DNA from: Mobula hypostoma
Taxonomy: Eukaryota
NCBI RefSeq assembly: GCF_963921235.1
Contig: NC_086108.1
Location: 25,172,001 to 25,236,000, forward strand
DNA length: 64,000 nt
Direction of reading: 5' to 3'
Below, piece after piece: positions 37,711 to 51,096 of the stretch (the first letter of the stretch is position 1; every line of letters starts with the position of its first letter). The notes beneath the pieces are model-generated. The model did no database searches, was not told where the DNA came from, and was given only the letters and a program-made list of their open reading frames with translations. A program made the translations under genes and the position numbers.

Positions 37711-38760
37711 ACAGGGCCCTAGTGTTTTCAAAGGCAGTGTGGGAAACAGGGTCCCAGAGTGTTCAAAGGCAGTGTGGGAAACAGGGCCCCACAGTGTTCA
37801 AAGGCAGTGTGGGAAACAGGGCCTCAGAGTGTTCAAAGGCAGTGTGGGAAACAGGGCCTCAGAGTGTTCAAAGGCAGTGTGGGAAACAGGGTCCCAGAGT
37901 GTTCAAAGGCAGTGTGGGAAACAGGGCCCCACAGTGTTCAAAGGCAGTGTGGGAAACAGGGCCTCAGAGTGTTCAAAGGCAGTGTGGGAAACAGGGCCCC
38001 ACAGTGTTCAAAGGCAGTGTGGGAAACAGGGCCTCAGAGTGTTCAAAGGCAGTGTGGGAAACAGGGCCTCAGAGTGTTCAAAGGCAGTGTGGGAAACAGG
38101 GTCCCAGAGTGTTCAAAGGCAGTGTGGGAAACAGGGTCCCAGAGTGTTCAAAGGCAGTGTGGGAAACAGGGCCCCAGAGTGTTCAAAGGCAGTGTGGGAA
38201 ACAGGGCTGCAGAGCATTGAAAGGTAATGTGAGAAGCAGGACCCCAGTGAACTGAAAGGCAGTTTGAGAAACAGGGCCGCAGAATGTTCAAAACTAATTT
38301 GGGAAACAGGGCCTCAGAATGTTCAAAGGCAGTGTGGGAAACAGGGCCTCAGAGTGTTCAAAGGCAGTGTGGGAAACAGGGCCCCAGAGTGTTCAAAGGC
38401 TGTGTGGGAAACAGGGCTGCAGAGCATTGAAAGGTAATGTGAGAAGTAGGACCTCAGTGAACTGAAAGGCAGTTTGAGAAACAGGGCCGCAGAATATTCA
38501 AAACTAATTTGGGAAACAGGGCCCCAGAGTGTTCAAAGGCTGTGTGGGAAACAGGGCCTCAGAGTGTTCAAAGGCTGTGTGGGAAACAGGGCTGCAGAGC
38601 ATTGAAAGGTAATGTGAGAAGTAGGACCCCAGTGAACTGAAAGGCAGTTTGAGAAACAGGGCCGCAGAATATTCAAAACTAATTTGGGAAACAGGGCCTC
38701 AGAATGTTCAAAGGCAGTTTTGGAAATAGGGCCCTAAAGTGTTCAAAGGTAGTGTGCAAA
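37711..38760. repeat. 35-bp minisatellite, ~30 units (GTGTTCAAAGGCAGTGTGGGAAACAGGGCCTCAGA)
   Basis: Direct 35-nt periodicity; the first unit begins at 33165-33185, on the other side of the Gypsy insertion. Confidence 0.97.
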
Positions 38761-39754
38761 AGAGGATACCAAAATCTGTAAAGAGAATGTGGAAAACTAC
38801 ATTTAGTGAGCAAAATGCCGAACTATTTGAATTTCCAAATATGATATACCAGATATTGGAGTGTTACTGTATTATTTCTTAATTGAATAACAGCTCCAGT
38901 CTCTAATTCCACTTCCTATTGAATTGTTCTGCAGTTACAGATTATAGAGTTCAAAATTCAGCAGGAAAATAATTTAAAGGATCTCTTTGACTTGCATGTA
39001 CATGTTTGAGCGTTAATTGAATTAGTGCTGCTATCAGTCATAGAGACAAAACCAAGAATCAAAACAGCCAAGAATGAATCTTTTATGGCTGAGAACTAGT
39101 TAATATCAAATACTAGAAGTAAATATGACTGAAATTTCTTCTGCTGGATGAATACATGCTATTTTAGCATAATCCTACACAAGTAGGACTCATCAAGGAC
39201 GATAAATATCAGGAAATTAACAAAGTAAGGAAGCTTCGAGGAAGCTCTTGGTCTGAGACCGTTTGTGTGAAATCTAAGTAAAGCCCCTAAACTTCTGGGA
39301 AGTCTGATTAAACAAGAAATGCCTGCACAGCAAATCAATGAGTATCTTTGTTGAACAGACAAATGGACGTTCCAGCTAATTGGAAATTGCAGCTGGTTTA
39401 ATTGGAATTAACAGCCAATATCTGAGCAATATATGCTAGTGAGATTGGAAAACAACAGACAAGGTGAGAGGAAATCAGAAAGAGGTAGAACCATGTCACT
39501 ACCAAACTGGCCATCCCAGAGGTGCTGTGTAAATGGAACTTGTTGTTACTTAATGAAAGAATGTTAGTTTATGTAAAGGAATATTTTTGAAACATTGAGA
39601 TGTGAGCCTGTAGTGTGTTTAAATAGTAACTAGACAAAAGCTGTTACAGAGGATAACACAGGTGGGAATATTGAGGAAATGGAAAAGGAGAAAGGAGAAG
39701 TACAGAAAAATACAGCAGGTCAGAAATAAACATATTAAAGTAGTCCCGTTTTTT

Positions 39755-40105
39755 GGGTGGCAGCATGGAGATATGTCTCTACCAAAGGAGGTGTAAAGTG
39801 CTCCTTCCCTCTGCCAGCCTGCAGGTCACCCTTGGACAAGTGTAGCACCTGCTTAGTCCCTGATCAGGGTCACGTGAAGCTTTAGGAGCAGGTGGTGGAT
39901 GGTGATAAGAGCAGCTGGTGCATATCACATCTCCTGGTTATGCGGCCACTGATGCCAGGCAGAAAATCTATGAAGAGTGTTGATAATGGGTGGGGTCAAA
40001 CGTCTTGTAAAAACATTGACCAGAAGTGCAATGGCAAACCACTTCTGTAGAAAAAATTGCCATGGTCATGGAAAGATGATGAGTCAGCACATGGTGATGA
40101 TGAGT
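39755..40105 (+). mobile_element. Non-autonomous retroposon with (GAT)n tail (RTE-related)
   Basis: Dispersed repeat with 59425-59770; GCAATGGCAAACCAC motif and GATGATGA end. Confidence 0.65.
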
Positions 40106-40675
40106 CCCATTTTATTTCACCAACTGGTATCCTCAAAGTACCAATAACTTGTTCTTTTCGCCAGATGCCGACTCACTTGAGAAATATTCACTGCAATTTT
40201 TACTTTCATTTTGTTTTTAGTAATGTTCTTTATTATTTCTTTTCTGTGATCCAACAGGTGCTTAACGAGTCAAGCCTGCATGACAAACGAAAGTCCAGAC
40301 AAAATGCACATTAAAATTTGAGCTGTCTGAATCATGAACTCATCTGCAGCTGCATATTGAAAGACCTATCCTCAATGATTAATTCCATGACCCTGAAGAT
40401 CTTCAGTTAACAAACATACATCAGTCTCAGATTTCAGATTACCAAATGATCAAGCATCAGCATTGATATACAGAAAAGTCCATTCAAAAACTCTCTTCTT
40501 GTCAAAAATATTTCCTAATACCACCAAAAAACCTGGCTCTGGTTTTTGAGCTGTTCTCCTTACTCCCAAAACAGTGGAGATAGTCTTCTTCTCTCTAGTT
40601 CATCAATTATCTGACTTTGATAAAATTTTTGATCAAATCAGCTTTAAAAATTCTAAATCCCAGGGAATATATCCA

Positions 40676-40865
40676 AACAACAGGAATTCTGCAGATGCTG
40701 GAAATTCAAGCAACACACATCAAAGTTGCTGGTGAACGCAGCAGGCCAGGCAGCATCTATAGGAAGAGGCGCAGTCGACGTTTCAGGCCTCTCGGCCTGA
40801 AACGTCGACTGCGCCTCTTCCTATAGATGCTGCCTGGCCTGCTGCGTTCACCAGCAACTTTGATG
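40676..40865. mobile_element. Palindromic miniature Penelope-like insertion
   Basis: Perfect 72-bp inverted arms 40718-40789 and 40794-40865 with a TCTC loop; 13-bp direct repeat GAATATATCCAAA at 40665-40677 and 40865-40877. Confidence 0.92.
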
Positions 40866-43800
40866 AATATATCCAAAGTTTGTTTAATGTCTACTTGCAA
40901 TGTAACTCTTGGAGTACTGGTTTCCATCTAGTAAATCTATCCCACACTTCCTTCAAGGCAAATAGATCCTGCCGAAGGTGAGAAGAGTAATACTGTTCAC
41001 AGCACTCCAGGTGCACTTGCACAGTATTCCCTCTAGCCCTTGAATTGCTATCCTACAGATATAGCGGCCACCATTCCAGAAGCCTTTTTGATTATCTTCT
41101 TTGATATTTTGATGACTGATGTACAGAAACCCAAAAGTCACTCTGTATCTCTACTGGTTTTAGATTTCTATCCCAAAGAAAGCAATCTTTTCTATCCTTT
41201 TGATGTCTGATTTTTTGAGGTCATTGCTACAAATGTTAATCAATGTTATAGTAAATTTGCTATACTAGGTCAGTAACTTAACTGCTCTGCCGTCCAATTA
41301 ATTATTAATTTCCTTTTGGAGAATGTCCTCAGCTGAGCTCTATGTTGAGATTTTGCAATTTACTGTTCATTTGAAATGTTGACAAAGCATATTCTTTAAA
41401 GTCATAATGACAATTAGTGGGATGGGTGCTTCCCATCCACTGGAGTCCATGCTTTGTGATCAGCCTCTTCCAAAGGGAACAGCAAATAAGTTAACTGCAA
41501 GAACATCCATGCTGAACAACCCTCTGAGAGATTTCTGCTGCTTCAGCCTTTAAGTGATTACAGCTGAGTGCGAGAGCCAATTTCTAATTGTTGTTTTGAT
41601 TTATCCCAGTGGAGAACATCTTTGTCTGGCAACTTATTATGAAGGCTTTAACAAGTAGTGGCAGATTTCTTTGCAAATAAATTATTTGATATTATATGGA
41701 TAATTGAAAACAAAGTGTTACTGGAAAGGAAAATGAAAGTAATTTCAACACTGCTTCCATTTACAAAAAATAATGCTATCCAGCCTTTGTTCTGTAAAAT
41801 CATGTGTGTTCTAGTATCAGGTTGTGATGTATGTAGTAGTAAAACTTTTCTGATAAGTTCATGCCTTTCCCCTTCCTCGATAAAAACTGTACTACAGAAT
41901 CACTATAAGTTGCTTTTTTGCAGCCAAAGGCAAACCAGGAGGAGATCAGTCTCAGCTTTGAACTGGAGAATTGTTGTTTGTAACCCAGTGTGGCATTAAT
42001 GAAGAGAGCAAGCTTGGAGATGTCCAAACAATTTTAAGTTTCAGGAGTCAATGATGTGTTTCTTGCAAGTCCCAGACATCACTCAGATGCTTCATTTCAC
42101 CAGCATGGTCCCTTGCATTATAACATCCAGACATAAACAAATTAGAAAGAACAAGAGGACATGTATTCACATTATTTCTGTTTAGCAGTAAGTTGTTAGG
42201 CAGTCCTTCAGCTACAGAGCAAAGGCTCTGGAATATATAGCCAGCTAGTATGTTCCGTATTGACTGCAGGACATCACAAGAGTTGGACTGGTACCTGACT
42301 GGAGGGGTAGATGGAGACTGCATCTTGCAGAAATTAAGTACCTTTACGGTTTCATCTGTGTGATCTCACAGGGCAATCTCAGTCACATGAGGAATTCAGA
42401 GAGGTATTTTCTGGTATGTTTTCTTTTCCTGTTAGTTCTGGGTTCTATGCTACTCCTAGGAATTACATTGCTGCGGGTGATGTAGGATCGCAAGGAGCAG
42501 TGCAACGAAAGGAAGATTCTCATGTGCAGGAAGCAGCACAGAAAGAACGACGTCTACTTTATTGCTAGTCTTTCTTTGCTGATTACGGAAAAGGTGCATG
42601 TTGAAAATTGCTTTTTCAAAGTCAAATCATGGTCTTGGTGAAATACGTTCTGTAAAACTAATAACTTATTCCATACTATTTTTCAGATTTAAGGACTCTC
42701 ATTTAACATAGAATACCTTGAAAGCTGTAAAACCCCAATTTTGAATTATTTGCTAATGAGAATTAGTGTTTGGATAGATTCTATCAGACAGTGACTATAG
42801 AACAAATTTCTGTCTCTTCATTAAAGAAGCAGAAATTTGCTACTATTTGTGTAGAATTTGTTGTCAATAACTTTCTAATGGATTTGCAACACATAATAAA
42901 TGCAGGGGATAGATAAAGATTCTATTTCACTCTCTGTTTGATAAATTAATTACTTTATTTACTGTGGTTGTGAAATAGCTTTTGCTAATAATCCAAGTGC
43001 AAACAGACACTTGGTTTCTGTTTCTAAATAGACATTTTTGCAGCTCCAAGTAATGTTATTACTTTAAAATAAACATATCCACTCCTCATTCCTTCAACAA
43101 TATTTTTCTAATTGATAAATATTGCTAAGATAACCTTTTCACCAATAATAGATCTGCCTCACTCATCATCCACTAAAGTAGTGCACCAACAATTGATCTG
43201 ATCTACTTACCGTCAGCAATAAGATGCTCAGGAACATGAAGAATAACTTTAACAGACAAAGGACAGGTCACATGGGAGCCATAAACCAACCCAATTACAC
43301 AACCTACCACACTTATCAGTGTAAGGGTGGTTTTGTTGATGGGGCTGCGGGGAGAACCTGTAAACCAACAGACAAAGAAAAAAACATGTTAGTTCTTGAT
43401 ATAAAGAAAACTTTCATTATTTTCTAATACGAGAAAAACAAGGAATATATTTTTCTCTGGCGCACTAATGGTGGCAAGCAATGGAAATTTTCCATACATG
43501 AGTATGTGAAAGAATGTGACAGTGAAATTCATACATAAAGCTCTGAATCAATCTGTTTTCTTATCTACAGTCTTTACTAGTTTGCAGGAACTTACCACTA
43601 AGAACAACACTTTGGAAAAGCTACTAAAAGCTCTTTCAGGTGCTTTCTTGTGACCTTCCTGGGAGCTGATCATCTCACCTCCTCCCCAGACTGAAATAGG
43701 ATGATCAAGTAACCAGCTGGTAAATTGAATTGTGTTCTCAAATTTTCCACTGAATCCAAGTATTCAATTATTGTCCAATGGAAGTAAAACATATCCAACT

Positions 43801-43902
43801 TGAGGTGGAAGAATAGAAGTGCTGACAGTCTGTGGACAGGGCCTGTGCTGAGTTAAAGCTCTTTTCAGATGGCCATGGATGGGATTTTAAGTTGCATTAA
43901 AA

Positions 43903-43977
43903 CAGGGGTTCCTTACTTGGGGTCCACCAATCCCTTGATAGTATTGTTTCATGGCATAAAAAAGTTGGGAAACCCTG
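43903..43977. mobile_element. hAT-type MITE
   Basis: CAGGGGTTCC / GGAAACCCTG TIRs; degenerate 8-bp TSD CATTAAAA / CGTTACAA. Confidence 0.7.
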
Positions 43978-44889
43978 CGTTACAAAGCTTAAGACAAATG
44001 TGTGGAAGTCATAGAGCTATTAGAAATAAGCTGGTGAGATGATACTCGAGTTAATAAAACAAATGGAGGAGTGAAAGAGGACAGTAAGAGAGGAGGAGAG
44101 TAATATAACTAAAGTAATACATTGCCGACAGATCAGAAGGACATTGGATTTTAGTAAGTACATTTCTGTTAGTCCCATGCTCATTATTATACTACTAATT
44201 ATTTGTTTGCAAGGAACATAGAGAGAAAAGCTTAGCATGAAAACATGGAGGAAATAATGTATTGCAGCACAATTACTCATATTAAAAGAGCCATCAGGAC
44301 TGTCACAGTGACTGCTGAGTGAGCCTCCAGATGGCTATGGATCAAGAGGTGTGACCTGTGGACCAAAGCTGCTGGGACATAAGCCAGGGCTGGGTCGCTT
44401 GGTTGACTGTGTCTAATGTTGAAAGACCTGAAATACCTAGTGTCCGCAGGTTGCCTCACTGATGATGTGTCCCAGCACATCCTAGGATGTAACTCAGCAT
44501 CATTATTAGTTTATTATTGTCACATGTACCAAGATACAGTTAAAACTTCCGTAAGTGCTCTATCCAGTCAGATCATGTCATACATAAATACACTGAGGCA
44601 GATAAATGAAAAAGATATTGCAGATAGGGTATTACACTTACAAAGAGAGTGCAGTGCAAGAAGATAAATACATTGGGGTAGAGATTGCAAAATGAAGAGT
44701 TCATCCTTATCAGAAGTTCAAGATTCTGAGGACAAGGCTGTCCTTGAGTCTGATGGTATACAGTATGGTCTCAAATTTTGTATCTTCTGCCCAAAGGGAG
44801 AGTCAGGAAGATAAAATAGCCAGTGTGGGAGTATCCTTGATTACGTTCACTGCTTTTGCACTGCAGCGTAAGTAATAGAGGGAGATTAT

Positions 44890-45545
44890 TTCAAGTTCCT
44901 GGGTGTCAATACCTCTGAGGATCTAACCTGGTCCAAAACATATCAATGCAACAATAGAGAAGGCAAAACAGTGGCTATATTCCACTAGGAGTCTGCAGAA
45001 ATTTCGTTTATAACCCAAAACACTGGGAAACCTCTACAGATGTACCATGGAGAGCATTCACTGGCTGCATCACCGTCTGATTTGGGTGGAGGGGTGGGGG
45101 TGGTTACTGCACAGGATCGTGAGATGCTACAGTTGTAAAATTAGTCATCTCCATCATGGGTACTGCCCTCCATAGTATCCGAGACATCTTCAAGGAGTGG
45201 TGCCTCAGAAAGCTGTCTCCATCATTAAGGACATGCCGCCTTTTCATTGTAGCTGTCAGGAAGGTGGTACAGAAGCCTGAAGGTACACACTCACTGATTC
45301 AAAAACACCTTCTTCCCCTCTGCCAGCCGATTTTGAAATGGGCATTGAACCCATGAACACTACCTCACTACTTTTTTTATTTCTGTTTTTGCACTACTTA
45401 TTTTAATTTAACAATTTGAAATTCATATATATACGTACTGTAATTTAGTTTTTTTCTATTTTTATCATGAATTGCACTGAACTGCTATCACAAAGTTAGC
45501 CAATTTCACAACATATGCCAGATAAACCTGATTCTGATTCTGAGT
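44890..45545 (+). mobile_element. Rex1/Babar 3' fragment
   Basis: FKFLGVN.SEDLTWS and YRCTMESI remnants; (TCTGAT)n tail. Confidence 0.75.
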
Positions 45546-45904
45546 CATTAGAGAGGAGGTAAGTTTACTTGACTTTTGTTCACAACAGCTTTTGTTCACA
45601 ATGATGAAATTTCCTGCAGGCTTCAGCACAGCACCTGCGATACCAGGCTGAGGTGCACTCACATGGGATGCTTTCAGTGGTGCATCTGTAGAAGTTGTCA
45701 AAAGTCACTGGGGAGCACACCAAATACCCTTGGCCTTCTGAAAATAGTATTCTTTTTTGGTATGGCATTCTCATGGCTGGATCAGGATAAACTAGTGGTG
45801 AAATTTACACCTAGCAACCATCTCAACCTCAGCATGCATCTCAATAAAGACGCAAGTGAGTGTCCTTGTAACAGAAAATGAGTAGGCAGCATTACACAAT
45901 GCAA

Positions 45905-47073
45905 AACCCATCAAAAGTTTCCACACAGAAGATTAGTTACAAAGGTTCAATCATTAGGTATTAATATTGAAGTAGTAAAATGGATTCAACAGTGGCTGGA
46001 TGGGAGACGCCAGAGATTAGTGGTGGATAACTGTATGTCAGGTTGGAGGTCAGTGACCAGTGGTGTGCCTCAGGGATCTGTACTGGGTCCAATGTTGTTT
46101 GTCAAATACATTAATGATCCAGATGATGGGGTGTTAAATTGGACTAGTAAGTATGCAGATGATACAAAGATAGGTGGTGTTGTGGATAATGAAGTAGGTT
46201 TTCAAAGCTTGCAGAAAGATTTAGGCCAGTTAGAAGAGTGGGCTGAAAGATGGCAGATGGAGTTTAATGCTGATAAGTGTGAGGTGCTATATTTTGGTAG
46301 GACTAATCAAAATAGGACATATGTGGTAAATGGTTGGGCATTGAAGAATGCTGTAGAACAGAGTGATCTAGAAATAATGGTGCATAGTTCCCTGAAGGTG
46401 GAATCTCATGTGGATAGGGTGGTGAAGAAAGCTTTTGGTATGCTGGCCTTTATAAATCAGAGCATTGAGTATAGGAGTTGGGATGTAATGTTAAAATTGT
46501 ACAAGGCATTGGTGAGGCCAAATTTGGAGTATTGTGTATAGTTCTGGTCACTGAATTATAGGAAAGATGTCAACAAAATAGAGAGAGTACAGAGTTGATT
46601 TACTAGAATGTTACCAGGGTTTCAGCACCTAAGTTACAGAGAAAGGTTGAACAAGTTAGGTCTTTATTCTTTGGCGCGTAGAAGGTTGAGGGGGGATTTG
46701 ATGGAGGTATTTAAAATTATGAGGGTGATAGATAGAGTTGACGTGGATAGGCTTTTTCCATTGAGAGTAGAGGAGATTCAAACAAGAGGACATGAGTTGA
46801 GAGTTAAAGGGCAAAAGTTTAGGGGTGACACAAGGGGGAACTTCTTTACTCAGAGAGTGGGAGCTGTGTGGAACGAGCTTCCAGTAGAAGTGGTAGAGGC
46901 AGGTTCGATTTTGTCATTTAAAAAAAAATTGGATAGGTATATGGACAGGAAAGGAATGGAGGGTTATGGGCTGAGTGCAGGTAGATGGAACTAGGTGAGA
47001 GTAAGCGTTCGGCATGGACTAGAAGGGTCAAGATGGCTTGTTTCCGTGCTGTAATTGTTATATGGTTATATGG
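45905..47073 (+). mobile_element. 5'-truncated CR1 of a second family (RT C-terminus)
   Basis: ORFs 46020-46541 and 46608-46994; [10 protein letters not shown] and YADD; (TTATATGG)n tail. Confidence 0.93.
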
Positions 47074-48279
47074 GTGTAAAATGGAGTCATTGTAACAAAT
47101 ACAGAATGCACCAGAATTTGCAACACATCACTATAATGACAGGTATTCTGTAAAGCTAGTTAAGGACACTCAAAATCAGAATGAACATCATATATTTTAT
47201 ACTCCAGAAAATGATCAATTAGTTTGGAGCATTCTTGTTTTGACTTTGGGATTAGAATGTATGTTAGTCATTTAGCTAATTTAAGTTAATGCAATTCACA
47301 CTCGCCTCATAATATATAAAGTACCAGAAATTAAGAACATTACAGCAAGATGTAACCAAGGAAATCAAATGATAACCTCTCCAAAAAAAAAAGAAGATAT
47401 CACAAGCATGCCTGACTTTTAAAATGTGGGATTTGGTAGGAAGCTGGAATTTTACCAATGAGTCACGGAGGTGTGAAAATTCATATTCAGAGCACATGTG
47501 ATCATCTTGCAATAAACTGCGAAGCATCTCACAGTGAGAGCATCCCAGAATATGCTTGATACTCAGATGAGTAACATTAAACACGTTAATGTTTAGTTAG
47601 GCAAACATTACATTTTCAATCAGCTCCAATCAGCTATTAATCTGTTTGCTTAATGTCAAAGTGCCAATAAGACATTCTGACGCATCATTTAGATTAACAA
47701 CTGGCATTAATACTTCTTCACATACTAGAGCTGCTGCCTTTTGCTACTCCAGCTAGGAGACACAATTCTGGATTTGTACAACTACATCCAAGAGAGAATC
47801 GTCACCTGAAATTGGATTGACCTTGCATATTGCTCCGCAACTATTACATCAAATACTCCTGGAGGAGTAGTATAGAAAACCATACAATAACGAACTTTAA
47901 TAGTAAAGTGATGCTATTATCGAGTTAGAGTCTTGGTTTCCTGAAAAAAAAACAAGTTACATAAAGTGTTTAATAACTTAACAGTGATTGTAGTTTAAGC
48001 AGATGCCCTCAGCTGTAAGACCTCATCAAGTGTACAAGGCTATTGGCAGCGAATTCTTTTTATTATGCATCTGATGAGCGATGTTCATAATCTCACAATA
48101 CCCATTAAATTCTTTTCTCCTCACCCTCTTATCAAAAGAAAAATATTGAAGAGAATGTCTAGTGGGATTGGCATAGCCCTTGATTACCTGTTATTGTGAA
48201 TGCTGATTTGGTAGTGATAGCCAAAATCTTTCAGCATGACACCCACACATTGACAGCCAGGAACAAATGCAAAGGCATC

Positions 48280-48385
48280 CAGTGTAGTGCTGATGCAGGC
48301 CTTGGACCCAAAGTATCGACAGTTGCTTTCCTCCCACAGATGCTGTTTGACCCACCAAGTTCCTGCAGCAGATTGTTTGTTGCAA
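48280..48385 (+). mobile_element. Very old Penelope pLTR remnant
   Basis: CTGATGCAGG...ACAGATGCTG.TTGACC..AGTTCCTGCAGCA resembles the pLTR at 13270-13370 in opposite orientation. Confidence 0.45.
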
Positions 48386-49139
48386 AGCATTGAGGCTTCC
48401 TGCCAATAGTGGCAATCTGCTGCTGAGGTGTTAGCTGCTCAAAATTTTAGCCGACTGGAAGCTCAAAAACTCACTTTCATGAGTCTCAAATGGTTGTGGC
48501 AGCAGCTGCTTATCATATCTCGCATTCTTAGCTAACTGTTGTGCATTGAGAGCACAGATCTTTGAAAGTTAGCTTGCATTGCAATGGTTCCTCTTTCTAT
48601 TCTAATTAGATGTAAGTGATTGCTGTACTGACTACAACAAGGACACAAATTGACTAAGGAGTGGGGAAGAATGATTTTTCCTGAAGGAAAAATGTGCCAA
48701 ATAGATTTTGAGTTTAGTTTTAAACCCAAACAGCACTATCAACCTTATTGTACTGCCATAAGTTTGCATCATTTAGTGTAGACATTCAGAACACAGTGTT
48801 TTAGTCAGAAAAGACAAGGACTGGGAGAATTTCTCAAAACTAGGCTGAATGCAATCGGTAGGGATGTTATAAGGTGCAGGAAATTCAAAATTTTACATTC
48901 ATATTGAGATCTTCAGTGGATGGGGAATTGACTTTAAGGAGCATATTCAATATTCAGGCATAAAACAATTTGGGAAATTGCTGAAGTAGATTCTTTCCAA
49001 AGAGGACAAATCTAATCTGGCTGATTACTCCGCAATTGCCCATTGTCAAGTATAAAAAATTCATGGGAGGTGATATCAGTGATATCAAATAGCATGCATT
49101 CACCATTTGGTAGGCACAACACTGGAACAATTAGTGCTA

Positions 49140-50780
49140 TTCCCTTGCAGTTTATGAAGGTCAATGTGCCAAAAGCTTTCTTTACAACCCTATCTACCTG
49201 TGACGTCATTTTCAAGAAATGATGGATCTGTATTCCCAGATCTGTCTATTTTACCATGCTGTTCAGTGCTCTACTGCTCACCGTGTAAATCCTGCTCTGG
49301 TTGGTCCTCCCAAAGTTCAACACCTCATGCTTGTCTGCATTAAGTTCCATCTGCTATTTTGCAGCACATTTTTTCCAGCTGGTCCAGATTCTGCTGCAAA
49401 CCATGATAGCCTTCTTCACTGTCCACTACACCCTCAATCTTGGTGTCAGTCATAAATTTGCTGATCCAGTTTACCACATTATCATCCGGCTCATTGATAT
49501 AGATAACAAATGACAACTGACCAGCCCAAATCCCTGTGAAAAACCACTAGTCACAGGCCTCCAGTTAGAGGGGCAACATCTACAGCCACTCTCTGGCTTC
49601 TTGCACAAAGCCAATATCTAATCCAATATGCATCTTGAATGCCAAGTGACTGAATCTTTTTGACCAACCTCCCATGCTGGACCTTAACAAAGACCTTGCT
49701 AAAGTCCATGTAGACAACATCCACTACCATGCCTCCAACAACTGTCCTGGTAACTTGAATGAAAAACTCTATAAGATGGGTCAGACATAACCTACTACGC
49801 ACGAAGGAATTCTAAATCAGTACCTGTTTATCCAAATACGAATATATCTGATCCTTTAGAATAGCTTCCACTAACTTTTCTCTACTAATCCTTCACTGGC
49901 CTATACTTCCCTGGCTTATTCTTAGAGATTTCCTAAAACAATGTAATGACATTAGCTATCTTCCAAACCTCTGCACCTCACCCACGGCTAAGGATGTTTT
50001 AACTATTTCTGCTAGGTTCCCTAGAATTTCTGCATTAGCCTCCTATAGGGTTCGGGAGAGCATATTGTCCTGAGGAATTATCTACCCTAATTTACCTCAA
50101 GACAGCAAACACCTCCTCCTCTGTAATCTGTATCAGGGCCATGACCTTACTGCTCCATTACCTCACATCTGTAGGTTTGGAAGATAGCTAATGTTGTTAC
50201 ATTGTTTAAGGAAGTCTCCCAAATACATACAAATGGCAAAACAATCCATTTAAGGTTTCCCTCATCTTTTTCCTCTCCATTCGTAAATTACCACTCTGAT
50301 CTTCCAGAGGACCAGTGTTGTTCCTTGCTTTCTTTTTGCTCTTAATGTATCTGTAGATACCCTCTGGGTTCTTCCTCACCTTGTTTACTAGAGCAAGCTC
50401 ATGTCTTCTTTTAGCCCTCCTGATTTCTTTCCTAAGTGTTCTCCAGCATTCCTTTTAATCCATAAGTACCTCATTTGTTCGTACTGCCTATACCTGCAAT
50501 GCACTTCCTTTTTCTTAACCAGGGCCTCAATATCTCTCAAAAAACAAGGTTCCTCAATACTGCTATCCTTGCTTTTTATTCTGATAGGAACATACAAGCA
50601 CTATACTCTCAAAATGTCACTTATGAAGGCCTCCCACTTACCAAGTACACCTTTGCCAGAAAACAACCTGTCCCAGTCCATGACTGCCTGATCTTTCCTG
50701 ATACCATCAAAAGTGGTCTTTCTCCATTTTAGGATCTCAAACTGAGGTCTAGACCTATCCTTTTCCATTATTACCTTGTA
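49140..50780 (-). mobile_element. Old CR1 ORF2 (RT region); its endonuclease N-terminus lies at 55468-55990
   Basis: CLTHLIEFF..VDVVYMDFSKVFVKV; SQVDRVVKKAFG; KVIMEKDRSRP. Confidence 0.82.
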
Positions 50781-51096
50781 ATGAATGGGTTTGATTCGAA
50801 GAAGGAGTCTGAGTGGGAGTGCCGAGAAAGACATTTTTGAAATTTTCATTATTTTTTTTCTCCAACGGCGTTCTGAGAGGCGGGACTGCGCAGGCGTGTG
50901 ACGTCGGGCTGTGCAGCGCAGCAGATTTAAAAGGAACAAAGCCTCATAGAGCGGGCAGCGTAGTTTGCGGGCTGCGGAGTGAGCCGGGAGCAGAGTGAAG
51001 ACTTAAGGGCTTCGGCTCAACGGGCTTAGGCGGAAGCGGGTGAGGCGAGGAAGGTTTGACATTCATTTTCTGTTGTTATTTGAGGAGAGGGGCATT

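Noticed and set aside
37683..38255. Three overlapping repetitive ORFs; CRISPR-like periodicity
   Set aside because: The 35-bp unit lacks stops in all plus-strand frames; there are no unique spacers and no cas genes. It is a minisatellite.
41416..41442. Small hairpin AGTGGGATGGG-TGCTT-CCCATCCACT
   Set aside because: A ~10-bp imperfect stem is within chance expectation for 64 kb
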